In this document: positions 1 through 10,109 of the stretch, piece by piece
Layout of the letters: each line of letters begins with the position of its first letter
How positions within the stretch are numbered: the first letter of the stretch is position 1
Assembly (NCBI GenBank): GCA_031371575.1
Contig: JANMJX010000001.1
Span: 2,693-66,692 of the forward strand
Source of the DNA: Sphingomonadales bacterium
GTDB taxonomy: Bacteria > Pseudomonadota > Alphaproteobacteria > Sphingomonadales > Sphingomonadaceae
Direction of reading: 5' to 3'
Length of the DNA: 64,000 bases
The notes under the pieces: model-generated
Told to the model about the DNA's origin: nothing
Database searches by the model: none
The model's input: only the letters and a program-made list of their open reading frames with translations
Program-made: the position numbers and the translations under genes

Positions 1-626
1 GCATTGCCTATCCATCGCTTGACCTTCTTGCGAAGCAGTTCAAGCCAGCCCCTGCCAACGCGGTGACCATCAAGGCAACCGGATATCAGTGGTACTGGGG
101 TTATACTTACCCTGATCATGGTGGTTTCGAAGTCGTGTCGAACATGCTGAAGGAAAAAGAAGACGTCGCTAAGGGCGAACGCTTCCGTACAGACAATGAT
201 GGACCAAAGCTGATGGCCGCGGACAACCGCATGGTTGTGCCAGCAGGCGTTCCATTGCGCATCCAGACGACTGCTGCTGACGTGATCCACGCTTTTGCCG
301 TACCGTCGCTTTGGTTCAAGCTGGATGCCGTACCGGGCCGTCTGAACGAAAAATCGCTTACGATCACGAAGCCCGGTGTATATTTTGGTCAATGTTCCGA
401 ATTATGCGGCGCACGTCATGCGTTCATGCCCCTAGTGGTAGAGGCGCTTCCGCCCGCGCAGTTTGAAGCATGGGTCAAGGCCCAGGGCGGCACGATGCCG
501 GGTGCAGCCAAGCCAGCGCCCGCCGCCGCCGCTGCTCCAGGGCAAAGCGTAGCCGCTCCTGTGGCTCCTGCGGGAACCGCAAATAACCCAGACACAGTTG
601 CTGCACCTGCAGCGCCAACCAAGTAA
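1..626 (+). CDS. coxB: Cytochrome c oxidase subunit II, 5'-truncated by window
   Basis: [14 protein letters not shown] and the CuA motif [12 protein letters not shown]; frame is open back to the window start; Ala/Pro-rich tail. Confidence 0.97.
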   Translation, partial: IAYPSLDLLAKQFKPAPANAVTIKATGYQWYWGYTYPDHGGFEVVSNMLKEKEDVAKGERFRTDNDGPKLMAADNRMVVPAGVPLRIQTTAADVIHAFAVPSLWFKLDAVPGRLNEKSLTITKPGVYFGQCSELCGARHAFMPLVVEALPPAQFEAWVKAQGGTMPGAAKPAPAAAAAPGQSVAAPVAPAGTANNPDTVAAPAAPTK

Positions 627-639
627 AGAGGCCAGACGG

Positions 640-2307
640 ATGACAACCATTGCCGCCACAGGTACAGACCTTCACGCGCATGACCATCATGACGCGGACC
701 ACAAGCCGGGCTTTTTTGCCCGCTGGTTTATGTCGACCAACCATAAGGATATCGGAACGCTTTATCTGATCTTTGCTATTTTCGCAGGGATTGTCGGTGG
801 CGCGATTTCGGGCCTGATGCGCATGGAGCTTGCTGCGCCAGGTATTCAATATCTGCAGGGCTGGGCATCGATGATGGCCGGCAAGGAAGCGTCCATGGAC
901 GAAGCCTACCATATGTGGAACGTTCTTATCACCGCACACGGTCTGATCATGGTGTTCTTCATGGTGATGCCAGCCATTATTGGCGGTTTCGGCAACTGGT
1001 TCGTCCCGCTCATGATTGGCGCACCTGACATGGCGTTTCCGCGCATGAACAATGTCAGCTTCTGGCTGACGGTTGTCGCGTTTATCATGTTGCTTGGTTC
1101 AAGCTTTGTCCCGGGCGGCACTGGTCTTGGCGCAGGTACCGGCTGGACGGTCTATGCCCCGCTTTCGACCTCCGGCTCAGTCGGACCGGCGGTCGACATG
1201 GCGATCTTCTCGCTTCACCTTGCTGGTGCGGCTTCGATTTTGGGTGCTATCAACTTCATCACTACCATCTTCAACATGCGTGCGCCGGGCATGACCTTGC
1301 ACAAAATGCCGCTGTTCGTCTGGTCGGTGCTGGTCACTGCGTTCCTGCTGTTGCTGGCTTTGCCGGTTCTGGCGGCCGCTATCACGATGCTTCTGGTTGA
1401 CCGTAACTTTGGCGGCGCATTCTTCGATGCGTCGGCTGGCGGTGATCCAGTTCTGTACCAGCATCTCTTCTGGTTCTTCGGCCACCCTGAAGTGTACATT
1501 ATGATCCTGCCGGGCTTCGGCATCATCAGCCAGATCGTCGCAACCTTCAGCCGCAAGCCGGTCTTTGGTTATCTCGGCATGGCTTATGCCATGGTCGCGA
1601 TTGGCGTGGTCGGCTTCGTCGTCTGGGCGCACCACATGTTCACCACGGGCATGAGCGTTGACATGAAGATGTACTTCACTGCGGCAACGATGGTGATCGC
1701 GGTGCCAACAGGCATCAAGATTTTCAGCTGGATCGCAACAATGTGGGGCGGTTCGGTAAGCTTCAAGACACCAATGGTTTGGGCCATGGGCTTCATCTTC
1801 ATGTTCACCGTTGGTGGCGTGACGGGTGTCGTACTGGCCAATGGTGGTCTCGACGACAACTTGCACGACACTTATTATGTGGTCGCGCATTTCCATTATG
1901 TATTGTCGCTGGGTGCAGTGTTCTCGCTCTTTGCCGGCTTCTATTACTGGTTTGGCAAGATGTCGGGTCGCCGGCTCAACGAATTCCTTGGCCATCTGCA
2001 CTTTTGGGTGTTTTTCATCGGCGTGAACGTGTTGTTCTTCCCGATGCACTTCCTCGGAAACTCGGGCATGCCGCGTCGTTATCCTGATTATCCAGAGGCT
2101 TTTGCATATTGGAACGGCGTTGCGTCGACAGGCTATGTCATCATGGCGTTCGGGGTTTTGATCTTCTTCGTCAATGTCATCTGGTCGCTGGTCGCAGGAC
2201 CACGTGCAGAAGGCAATTATTGGGGTGAAGGCGCAACGACGCTTGAGTGGACGTTGTCGAGCCCTCCTCCATATCACCAGTTCGAAACGCTGCCGGTTAT
2301 CAAGTAA
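640..2307 (+). CDS. coxA: Cytochrome c oxidase subunit I
   Basis: [22 protein letters not shown] and VVAHFHY motifs; ATG 640 chosen after GAGG and clear of coxB. Confidence 0.98.
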   Translation: MTTIAATGTDLHAHDHHDADHKPGFFARWFMSTNHKDIGTLYLIFAIFAGIVGGAISGLMRMELAAPGIQYLQGWASMMAGKEASMDEAYHMWNVLITAHGLIMVFFMVMPAIIGGFGNWFVPLMIGAPDMAFPRMNNVSFWLTVVAFIMLLGSSFVPGGTGLGAGTGWTVYAPLSTSGSVGPAVDMAIFSLHLAGAASILGAINFITTIFNMRAPGMTLHKMPLFVWSVLVTAFLLLLALPVLAAAITMLLVDRNFGGAFFDASAGGDPVLYQHLFWFFGHPEVYIMILPGFGIISQIVATFSRKPVFGYLGMAYAMVAIGVVGFVVWAHHMFTTGMSVDMKMYFTAATMVIAVPTGIKIFSWIATMWGGSVSFKTPMVWAMGFIFMFTVGGVTGVVLANGGLDDNLHDTYYVVAHFHYVLSLGAVFSLFAGFYYWFGKMSGRRLNEFLGHLHFWVFFIGVNVLFFPMHFLGNSGMPRRYPDYPEAFAYWNGVASTGYVIMAFGVLIFFVNVIWSLVAGPRAEGNYWGEGATTLEWTLSSPPPYHQFETLPVIK

Positions 2308-2355
2308 CCGGCGGCGGTTCGCCGCTTTGAACGTTTCGTACGTTTAGGAACAGGC

Positions 2356-3261
2356 ATGACTACCGCAACGCGTGACATCATTTTGCCGGCAGAATGGCGC
2401 GACTTCTGGGCATTGACCAAGCCAAGGGTTATGTCTCTGGTCGTGTTCACCGCGCTTTGCGGTTTGCTTGCGGCGCCGGGCGATATCCACCCGGTGATTG
2501 GCTTTACTGCAATCCTGTGCATTGCATTGGGTGCAGGTGCGTGCGGTGCGTTGAATCAATATTACGAAGCGGATATTGACGCCAAAATGGCGCGCACGTC
2601 GCGTCGGCCTCTGCCTGCGGGCAGGATGGACCGTCAATCCGCACTGCATTTCGGCATTGGGCTTGCAGCCTTTTCGGTTGGTATCATGGGCGTCGCCGTC
2701 AACTGGCTGTCCGCTGGGCTGCTTGCCTTCTCGATCTTCTTTTACGCAATCGTCTACACCATATGGCTTAAGCCAAACACGCCGCAGAATATCGTAATCG
2801 GCGGCGCTGCGGGTGCATTTCCGCCAGTCATTGGCTGGGCGGCTGTTACCGGTGATGTCACGCTTTTACCGATATTGCTGTTTGCCATTATCTTTTTGTG
2901 GACACCGCCGCACTTCTGGGCGCTCGCCTTGTTCATGAAGACCGATTACGGCGCGGCCGGTATTCCGATGATGCCCAATGTAAAGGGGCAGAAGGTCACA
3001 CGGAACCAGATTTTCGCTTACAGCTTTCCGATGGCGGCAACCGCCATATTGCCGTTCGTGATTGGCCAGACCGGTTGGCTATACGGTGTGACGTCTATCG
3101 CGTTGAACCTCGTGTTTCTTGTGTTAGCGTATCGGGTGTGGAAAAATGACGCCATTGAAGCGGCGGCTATGAAGCCAGAAAAGCAACTATTCGCTTTTTC
3201 AATCCTTTACCTTTTCCTTCTCTTTGCGCTCTTCGCGTTTGACCGGATGCTCATATCATGA
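2356..3261 (+). CDS. ctaB: Protoheme IX farnesyltransferase (heme o synthase)
   Basis: [21 protein letters not shown] and WTPPHFWAL motifs; cox operon context. Confidence 0.95.
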   Translation: MTTATRDIILPAEWRDFWALTKPRVMSLVVFTALCGLLAAPGDIHPVIGFTAILCIALGAGACGALNQYYEADIDAKMARTSRRPLPAGRMDRQSALHFGIGLAAFSVGIMGVAVNWLSAGLLAFSIFFYAIVYTIWLKPNTPQNIVIGGAAGAFPPVIGWAAVTGDVTLLPILLFAIIFLWTPPHFWALALFMKTDYGAAGIPMMPNVKGQKVTRNQIFAYSFPMAATAILPFVIGQTGWLYGVTSIALNLVFLVLAYRVWKNDAIEAAAMKPEKQLFAFSILYLFLLFALFAFDRMLIS

Positions 3262-3413
3262 CCCCAATTGATCGCCCGCCGTACACCGTCGAAGAGACCG
3301 CCGTTATCCGTAAACGTCAGGCTGCTCGGTCCCGCGTGATGGGTGTTGCGCTTGTTGGACTGTGCATCCTTTTCTTCTTCATTACCGTCGTAAAGGTCGG
3401 GGGAGCGAACTGA
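3258..3413 (+). CDS. 51-aa single-TM protein of the cox operon (not in ORF track)
   Basis: Read by hand: [51 protein letters not shown]; ATGA overlap with the ctaB stop and TGATG overlap with the ctaG start. Confidence 0.75.
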   Translation: MTPIDRPPYTVEETAVIRKRQAARSRVMGVALVGLCILFFFITVVKVGGAN

Positions 3414-3979
3414 TGGCCGTATCGAACGCGAAAATGGGTTTTCTGGCCGCTGGTCTCGCGGTCTCTATGGTTGGCGTTGGCTTTGCTGCTGTTCCGCTTT
3501 ACCGCATCTTCTGCCAGGTCACCGGCTTTGGTGGAACCACGATGCGCGTCGATGCCGCACAGGCCGCGACCGTCAACGCAATAAACAAGACCATGGTCAT
3601 AAGATTCGATGCCAACCATCGCAGCGACTTGCCGTGGGACTTCAAACCGGAACGGCCCACCGACACCGTGACCATTGGTGCGAAGGACATGTCGATCTTT
3701 CTTGCCAAGAACCTGTCCAATGAATCCATCACGGGAACAGCTGCGTTCAACGTAACGCCTGAGCTGGCCGGCAAATATTTCAACAAGATCCAGTGCTTTT
3801 GCTTTACGGAGCAGACATTGAAGCCGGGCGAGCAGGTCCGCATGCCCGTGCTATATTATGTCGATCCCAAGATCATGACGGATCCGAACACCAAAGACAT
3901 TCAGGAAATCACCCTTAGCTACACTTTCTACCCGGTGGAGAAGCCAAAGACGGTGGACCAGACGGCGAACGGAAGCTAA
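3413..3979 (+). CDS. ctaG: Cytochrome c oxidase copper chaperone CtaG/Cox11
   Basis: VPLYRIFCQVTG and KIQCFCF motifs; start moved to ATG 3413. Confidence 0.95.
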   Translation: MAVSNAKMGFLAAGLAVSMVGVGFAAVPLYRIFCQVTGFGGTTMRVDAAQAATVNAINKTMVIRFDANHRSDLPWDFKPERPTDTVTIGAKDMSIFLAKNLSNESITGTAAFNVTPELAGKYFNKIQCFCFTEQTLKPGEQVRMPVLYYVDPKIMTDPNTKDIQEITLSYTFYPVEKPKTVDQTANGS

Positions 3980-4016
3980 GGCAAATCGCGACACGACTGA
4001 CTACAGGGAATTGACA

Positions 4017-4904
4017 ATGGCGGGTGCCAAAAATCACGATTACCATATTTTACCACCAAGCATCACGCCGTTGCTGGGGTCATTTTCAGCGCTGACCATG
4101 TTCTTTGGCCTCGTGATGTGGATGCATCCCGAACAGTTCGGTTATGGCAGCCTGATCTTCGGTCTTGGCTTGATTGGTGTGATCTACACCTTCTACGCCT
4201 GGTGGGGCGACGTCATTCGTGAGGCACATGCCGGCGATCACACCCCTGTTGTCCAGCTTCACCTGCGCTATGGGATGCTGATGTTTATCGCCTCGGAGGT
4301 CATGTTCTTCGTGGCATGGTTCTGGGCATGGTTTGACTATTCCTTGTTCCCTGTGCCGCTTGAGATCGTCAAAGACGTGGAAACGCACGCCTTTACCGTC
4401 ACCAACCTGATCGGTCAGGATGGCGCCGCTGCGTTGATGCAGTGGCCGCCAAAGGGTCTTGAAGTTCTCGACTCGATGAAACTTCCCTTGCTGAATACCC
4501 TGATCCTGTTGTGCTCGGGCACGACTGTGACTTGGGCGCACCATTCGCTCATTCATGGTGATCGTGACGGTCTGAAAAAGGGTCTTTGGCTGACCATCCT
4601 GCTAGGCCTGCTTTTCAGCAGCATTCAGGCTTATGAATATGCCGAAGCACCGTTCCCGTTTGCCGGACTGAACTACGGTACAGCATTTTACATGGCGACC
4701 GGATTTCACGGCTTCCATGTGATCGTTGGCACCATCTTCCTGTCGGTCTGCCTTGCCCGCAGCTACAAGGGCCACTTCACGCCAAAGCAGCATTTCGGTT
4801 TTGAAGCGGCGGCATGGTATTGGCACTTTGTCGATGTCGTGTGGCTTTTCCTCTTCATCACCATTTACATCTGGGGCGGCTGGGGCGCACCAGTTCACGC
4901 GTAA
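4017..4904 (+). CDS. coxC: Cytochrome c oxidase subunit III
   Basis: FIASEVMFF, TGFHGFHV and WYWHFVDVVW motifs. Confidence 0.97.
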   Translation: MAGAKNHDYHILPPSITPLLGSFSALTMFFGLVMWMHPEQFGYGSLIFGLGLIGVIYTFYAWWGDVIREAHAGDHTPVVQLHLRYGMLMFIASEVMFFVAWFWAWFDYSLFPVPLEIVKDVETHAFTVTNLIGQDGAAALMQWPPKGLEVLDSMKLPLLNTLILLCSGTTVTWAHHSLIHGDRDGLKKGLWLTILLGLLFSSIQAYEYAEAPFPFAGLNYGTAFYMATGFHGFHVIVGTIFLSVCLARSYKGHFTPKQHFGFEAAAWYWHFVDVVWLFLFITIYIWGGWGAPVHA

Positions 4905-5273
4905 ATGACATCAGAATCATCCAACGAAGGGCAGCCCAGCATAATGCGGGCTGCCCTTTTTGGTCTCTGTCCCCAATGCGGGAGCAAAACTTTGTTTGCT
5001 GGACTTGGCCAGTTCGCACATAAATGCGACCAATGCGGCCTGGACTATGACAGCTTCAACGTTGGTGATGGCCCGGCCGCCTTGCTCGTCATGGCCATAG
5101 GCGCCGTGGTCATCATATTTGCGTTGATGCTGGATTCTGCGTTTCGCCCGCCATTTTGGGTGCATGTGGTCATTTGGGTGCCGTTCACCGCTGCACTGAC
5201 GGTAGTTACCTTGCGCATGGCAAAAGCGGCCTTATTGGCAGCCGAGTACCGCAGCAGGACGAACGAAACTTGA
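4905..5273 (+). CDS. DUF983-like Zn-ribbon membrane protein
   Basis: CPQCG and CDQCG pairs, GDGPA, two TM helices; usual position between coxC and SURF1. Confidence 0.8.
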   Translation: MTSESSNEGQPSIMRAALFGLCPQCGSKTLFAGLGQFAHKCDQCGLDYDSFNVGDGPAALLVMAIGAVVIIFALMLDSAFRPPFWVHVVIWVPFTAALTVVTLRMAKAALLAAEYRSRTNET

Positions 5274-5287
5274 AAGGGTGATGTGAG

Positions 5288-5920
5288 ATGACACGCTGGC
5301 CAGTCATTCCAACGATATTTGTTGCTCTTGCGGTTGCCACAATGATTGGCCTTGGCTTTTGGCAGTTACAACGCAAGACCCAAAATGCTCTATTGTTGCA
5401 GCAAGTGACCGCCAACAGCGGCAAGCCAGCTATCGCTTATCCCGCCTTGGGTCCTGTCGGGATGCAGGCCTTACACCGCAAATCGGCTGTTAACTGTCTG
5501 CGGGTGTCCGAATGGAAAGAAGATTCCGGCACTGATATTTCGGGTAAAACCGGGACTCGATATCTCGCCGAGTGCGTGACTGGCGCCGAGGGACCAGGTG
5601 CCTTGATCGTGGCGGGCATATCCAACCGGCCCAACCAGAAGATTGCCTGGAATGGTGGCCCGGTTGAGGGGATCATCACAACTGAGCCTGACCGGCAATC
5701 CATGGCCGCCAAGCTGTTCGGCAAATCCATCGTCTTGCGCCCCATGCTGGTATCGAATGCCGGCCTTGGAGGGTTACGCACCGCCGAGCCGCCCTCGTTG
5801 GAGAAAATAGAGCGCAAGATCTCGAGCAATGGGTTTTATGCACTGCAATGGTTCCTATTCGCCGCCGCTGCGACCATTATCTATGTCCTTGCCTTGCGGA
5901 AGCGCACCAAGACGCCTTGA
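5288..5920 (+). CDS. SURF1/Shy1 family oxidase assembly protein
   Basis: LGFWQLQR at the N-terminus, YALQWFLFA at the C-terminus; cox operon. Confidence 0.85.
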   Translation: MTRWPVIPTIFVALAVATMIGLGFWQLQRKTQNALLLQQVTANSGKPAIAYPALGPVGMQALHRKSAVNCLRVSEWKEDSGTDISGKTGTRYLAECVTGAEGPGALIVAGISNRPNQKIAWNGGPVEGIITTEPDRQSMAAKLFGKSIVLRPMLVSNAGLGGLRTAEPPSLEKIERKISSNGFYALQWFLFAAAATIIYVLALRKRTKTP

Positions 5921-6672
5921 GCCTGCCGACCGACATAAGCTTTTACATCATAGCAAGTGCCGCCGTTATTCTGGTCGGGCTTGCCAAAGGCGGCTTCGCC
6001 GGGCTTGGCGCCGCGGCCATGCCCATGCTGGCGCTGGTCATGGACCCCGTCGCCGCCGCGGGCATGTTGCTGCCGATCCTCATGGTTCAGGATGTCGTCA
6101 GCGTCTGGGCCTTCCGCCGCAGTTTTGACGTGCCAACTTTGATCCTGACACTGCCCGGGGCCGTTGTGGGCATATTTCTGGGATGGTTGTTGGCGTCATC
6201 CATTAACGAGGGTGCGGTGCGCGGTTTTGTGGGTGTTATTGCGCTGTCATTCGGCGTCTACCGGCTGCTTCCGATGCTTGGCATACAGGCAAGGCTTTCT
6301 GGCCCTGCCCCCAGCTGGGTTGGGGCCATCATGGGGGGCGTTTCGGGGTTTACGAGCCAGATTGCCCATGCTGGTGGGCCACCATTCCAGATCTGGGCGC
6401 TGTCGCGCAACTTCCCCCATCTGGTGTTCGTTGGTACATCGTCGATATTCTTTGCGATTATCAATTGGATGAAGGTGCCTGCTTACGCTGCGCTTGGCCA
6501 GTTTAACGCACAAAATATGAAGCTCACGGCCCTGTTCCTGCCGCTTGCGATCTTGAGCACCATATTGGGTGTCAAGTTGGTAAAGCGCGTCTCGCCCGAG
6601 CGCTTTAACCTCATCATCCAGCTTTTGATGGTCATCATCGGCGCCGAATTGATTCGGCAAGCCATATGGTGA
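5917..6672 (+). CDS. TauE/SafE family sulfite exporter-like membrane protein
   Basis: GLAKGGFAGLG and AHAGGPP motifs, highly hydrophobic; TTG start overlapping the SURF1 stop. Confidence 0.8.
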   Translation: MSLPTDISFYIIASAAVILVGLAKGGFAGLGAAAMPMLALVMDPVAAAGMLLPILMVQDVVSVWAFRRSFDVPTLILTLPGAVVGIFLGWLLASSINEGAVRGFVGVIALSFGVYRLLPMLGIQARLSGPAPSWVGAIMGGVSGFTSQIAHAGGPPFQIWALSRNFPHLVFVGTSSIFFAIINWMKVPAYAALGQFNAQNMKLTALFLPLAILSTILGVKLVKRVSPERFNLIIQLLMVIIGAELIRQAIW

Positions 6673-6680
6673 CTGCCCCC

Positions 6681-7226
6681 TTATTTGGGTGACAGCACCA
6701 TCAGCATCTGGCGGCCTTCCATACGGGGATGCGCCTCGATTTTAGCGGTTTCAGTCGTATCCGCCTGAACGCGCTGAAGTAACTGCATGCCCAATTGCTG
6801 GTGTGCCAATTCACGACCGCGGAAGCGCAACGTTATCTTGACCTTATCACCTTCTTCAATGAACTCGGCGACCTTCTTCATCTTCACCATATAATCATGG
6901 TCATCGATGTTGGGGCGCATCTTGATCTCTTTAATTTCTTGGGTTTTCTGGCTCTTGCGCGCAAGATTGGCCTTTTTCTGGGCCTCATATTTAAACTTGC
7001 CGATGTCCAGAAATTTGCACACGGGGGGGTCAGCGTTCGGTGACACCTCAACCAGATCAAGCCCAACTTCAGCAGCCTGTGCAATCGCCTCGCGGGTATA
7101 CATGACACCCAGATTCTCGCCGTCATCGTCAATGACCCGTACTTTTTCGACGGTGATAAGATTATTGTAGCGCGGACCACTTTTAACAGGCGGGGTCATG
7201 GCGCGCCGGGTAGGCGGGGTGGCGAT
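6681..7226 (-). CDS. infC: Translation initiation factor IF-3, probable AUC start
   Basis: [23 protein letters not shown] and RFRGRE motifs; SD AAGGAG (7240-7235) lies 8 nt before an in-frame ATC at 7226. Confidence 0.95.
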   Translation of the reverse strand: MATPPTRRAMTPPVKSGPRYNNLITVEKVRVIDDDGENLGVMYTREAIAQAAEVGLDLVEVSPNADPPVCKFLDIGKFKYEAQKKANLARKSQKTQEIKEIKMRPNIDDHDYMVKMKKVAEFIEEGDKVKITLRFRGRELAHQQLGMQLLQRVQADTTETAKIEAHPRMEGRQMLMVLSPK

Positions 7227-7559
7227 AGTCGATACTCCTTGTGATGTTCAGTTGCGCCAATACAGCCAATTTGTCCGCAAATAAAGGCTTTTAGCGGTCG
7301 ACCGTCTGCTTTTGTTGTCTAGGCGGAACAACAAGGGGCATGGTTGCCGAGTCGTTCCCTCTAATGCCCCGGACAAATTGGGTTAGTCCAAACCGGCTTG
7401 CGGCTGTTTCAAAAATATAACGCAAATGAATCAACTGGGTCCAGCAATTGGACAAGATTTTACTTGTCCGTTCAGTTTCAGGTCATCAGAGACGCGCAAT
7501 AAAATAACAAAACATAATATTAATATCCCAATCCGTCGCAACAATATTAAGCAAAAATC

Positions 7560-7928
7560 ATGATAACTCCCTCGAATGGCTCGTTTTCGAGCCTCCCTAA
7601 CGGTCGCATAATTGATTTCGAGTCGGCTGAAATCCGCACCGTACCTTTTCAGGATAGCCTTTATCTGTGGGTCAACGGCAATCAGCCTGATCCTGAACTG
7701 GATGTCCGATTGGCGCCGCGATATTATACTGACCGTCCCGATTATTGGGCGATAGAGGTCGTTGCGATCCGCTCAGCAGCCGGATCGAACGATCCCGACC
7801 CTGGATCCAAGGCGCGTTTCGAATGTGCGATTCCCTTGGTAGGTGTCACGGGAGTTTTGGGAATTACCGTTATCGGTGCCAACCGTGTGCAGCGCATTGA
7901 CCTGCTAGAGAGTTATGCTGCCGTTTAA
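7560..7928 (+). CDS. Hypothetical protein
   Basis: 122-aa ORF filling the gap between infC and the DsbD-like gene; AT-rich upstream region. Confidence 0.65.
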   Translation: MITPSNGSFSSLPNGRIIDFESAEIRTVPFQDSLYLWVNGNQPDPELDVRLAPRYYTDRPDYWAIEVVAIRSAAGSNDPDPGSKARFECAIPLVGVTGVLGITVIGANRVQRIDLLESYAAV

Positions 7929-7956
7929 TTGTTGCCAAAGGCCACACAGAACGCAA

Positions 7957-10068
7957 TTATCCGGCTAGTTCGGTGAGGTCAGTAACGGTCAGGATTTGCG
8001 GAAGCACACGCGCTTCGCCGTTTTTCGGGAAATAGAGATATAATGGCACGCCTGACCGGCCATATTTGGCCAGAAAGCGGGTAATTGCTGGGTCCCGGCG
8101 CGTATAGTCGCCGACCATGGTCACGATACCGCCCTTTGCCAGCGCATCAGTTGTTTCACTGCGGTCAATCGCCGCAGCTTCATTGACTTTGCAGGTGACG
8201 CACCAATCGGCGGTAAAGTAAAGAAATACAGGTTTGCCGTCGGCCCGCAGCGATTCAAGCTTTGCTTCATTGAACGCCAGATTACCATTCTTCGCTATCT
8301 GTGATGCAGGGGCAAGCGCTACCTGATCCAGCACAACGAAAGCCGCGAGCGCAATACCCGCTACGCCGGCCCAAAGCATTTTCCGCGGCGCTCCGCTTTT
8401 CTGCCTTCGACCAAGCTCAAACAATCCAACCAATATGATCAGCGCCGCCACGCCCGATATGATCACGCCGTTTAGGCCAGCCAATTGATCCAGAAGCCAG
8501 AACAAGGCCAATGTCGTGAGCGCCATGGGCAGTGCCATCCATTGGCGGAAGCGCACCATCCACCCGCCGGGCCGCGGCATGCGTTTGCGCAGTGCCGGGA
8601 CGAAGGCGATAGCCAGAAAAGGTAGTGCAAGACCAAGTCCAAGCCCTGCAAATATAAGCAAGGCAAGGCCAGCGGGCAACAGCAAGGCTGCGCCCATGGC
8701 CGCAGCCATGAATGGTCCGGTGCAAGGCGTCGCCACAACCGCGGCAAGCACGCCGGTCCAGAACGACCCCGCAATACCGCCCTTGCGAGTCAGATTTTCG
8801 CCAGCGCCAATGCCGCCAATTTCAAATAGCCCGGCAAGATTTGCGGTCACCGCCGCCATAAGCAAAAGGAGGAGCAACACTATGGCAGGATCCTGCAACT
8901 GGAATGCCCAGCCCACTTCCTCGCCGGCCGCGCGCAATGCAAGCATGATGCCGCCAAGGACCAGGCAGCTGAGGATGATACCGACAGCATATGCGACTGC
9001 ATCGCGGCGAGCCTCATTTTCGTCCCCGCCCATTTTGGCAAGGCTTAGCGCCTTTAGCCCCAATATCGGAAACACGCACGGCATGAGGTTAAGCAACAAG
9101 CCGCCAAGAACTGAGAAGGCAAGTATCCAGCCAAAGCCAATCGGAGGCTGCTGCGGCTGCGCAGGCGCGCCTTCGTCCAATACGGTCACCGTGTCGCCGC
9201 CTGCAGGCACCGCGCCGGGCAGTGCGCGCAGCTCAAGACCCTGCGCGTCATTGAAACGCAGCAAGCCATCGATCTGCCCCGTATAGGACTTTTTGACTTC
9301 GCCGCTCACAATAAGCCAATCGCCTGTGCGCCGCGCACTTTGCGGGGCGGAATAGCGAAACAGGTTGTCGCTCTTGGCAAAGAACCAAACGTCGCCGGCC
9401 ACCGCGCTTCGGGGGTAAGGAATGGCGAGATCGATGCGGGTACCGTTTATTTCATATCGCGCTGCCCTGTCCAGCGGGACCGGCAAGGCGCTGCGCAAGA
9501 CATCGAAACGGGCACGGTCTGCGCTGCGGATGACGCCTGTGCCAACGGTCATCGGCACAATCAGTGTCGCGGATTCGGGAACGCAGACGAGGTCTGAACA
9601 CGCCGACCAGCGCGCGTCTACCTTGATATCCACTTTATCGCCAGCACGCGCGCTTTCGGGAATTTGCACATCGACCAGAAAGGCATGCCTGGCCTTATAG
9701 ATATGGTTCATGAAACCGCTAACCATCAATGTCCCGGGCACGGGGGCGCGCAATGCGCGAGCCGTCACACCTGCAGGCAATTTCCATGCGAGCTCAAGCG
9801 GCGTTCCGGCGTCGCCTGGGTTTACCCAATAATCGTGCCAGCCGGGCTTTGGATCCATGACGATCGCCAATGTCACCAGATCACCGGGCACGGGGCTGCG
9901 CGTTTCCGCTTCCATCGATGCACGGACATTTTGGGGAGGGGCAGACACAGCGGGCTGTGCAGATGCAACACCCGCCGCACAGAACAACATCAGCAAAAAC
10001 GACATCACACGCGCGGCATTTTGCTTTGCAGAAGCGTGAATGGACAACGAGGCAATCATAGGGTTCAT
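7957..10068 (-). CDS. DsbD family thiol:disulfide interchange protein
   Basis: N-terminal WHDYWVNPGDAG and CSDLVC; TM-domain LNLMPCVFP and TPCTGP; thioredoxin ADWCVTC; start trimmed to avoid the MATE overlap. Confidence 0.9.
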   Translation of the reverse strand: MNPMIASLSIHASAKQNAARVMSFLLMLFCAAGVASAQPAVSAPPQNVRASMEAETRSPVPGDLVTLAIVMDPKPGWHDYWVNPGDAGTPLELAWKLPAGVTARALRAPVPGTLMVSGFMNHIYKARHAFLVDVQIPESARAGDKVDIKVDARWSACSDLVCVPESATLIVPMTVGTGVIRSADRARFDVLRSALPVPLDRAARYEINGTRIDLAIPYPRSAVAGDVWFFAKSDNLFRYSAPQSARRTGDWLIVSGEVKKSYTGQIDGLLRFNDAQGLELRALPGAVPAGGDTVTVLDEGAPAQPQQPPIGFGWILAFSVLGGLLLNLMPCVFPILGLKALSLAKMGGDENEARRDAVAYAVGIILSCLVLGGIMLALRAAGEEVGWAFQLQDPAIVLLLLLLMAAVTANLAGLFEIGGIGAGENLTRKGGIAGSFWTGVLAAVVATPCTGPFMAAAMGAALLLPAGLALLIFAGLGLGLALPFLAIAFVPALRKRMPRPGGWMVRFRQWMALPMALTTLALFWLLDQLAGLNGVIISGVAALIILVGLFELGRRQKSGAPRKMLWAGVAGIALAAFVVLDQVALAPASQIAKNGNLAFNEAKLESLRADGKPVFLYFTADWCVTCKVNEAAAIDRSETTDALAKGGIVTMVGDYTRRDPAITRFLAKYGRSGVPLYLYFPKNGEARVLPQILTVTDLTELAG

Positions 10069-10109
10069 GGATTTGTCATGGCACATTGCACGGTCTGTAG
10101 GACAGAGGA

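Noticed and set aside
1177-2277. 366-aa antisense ORF
   Set aside because: Shadow of coxA.
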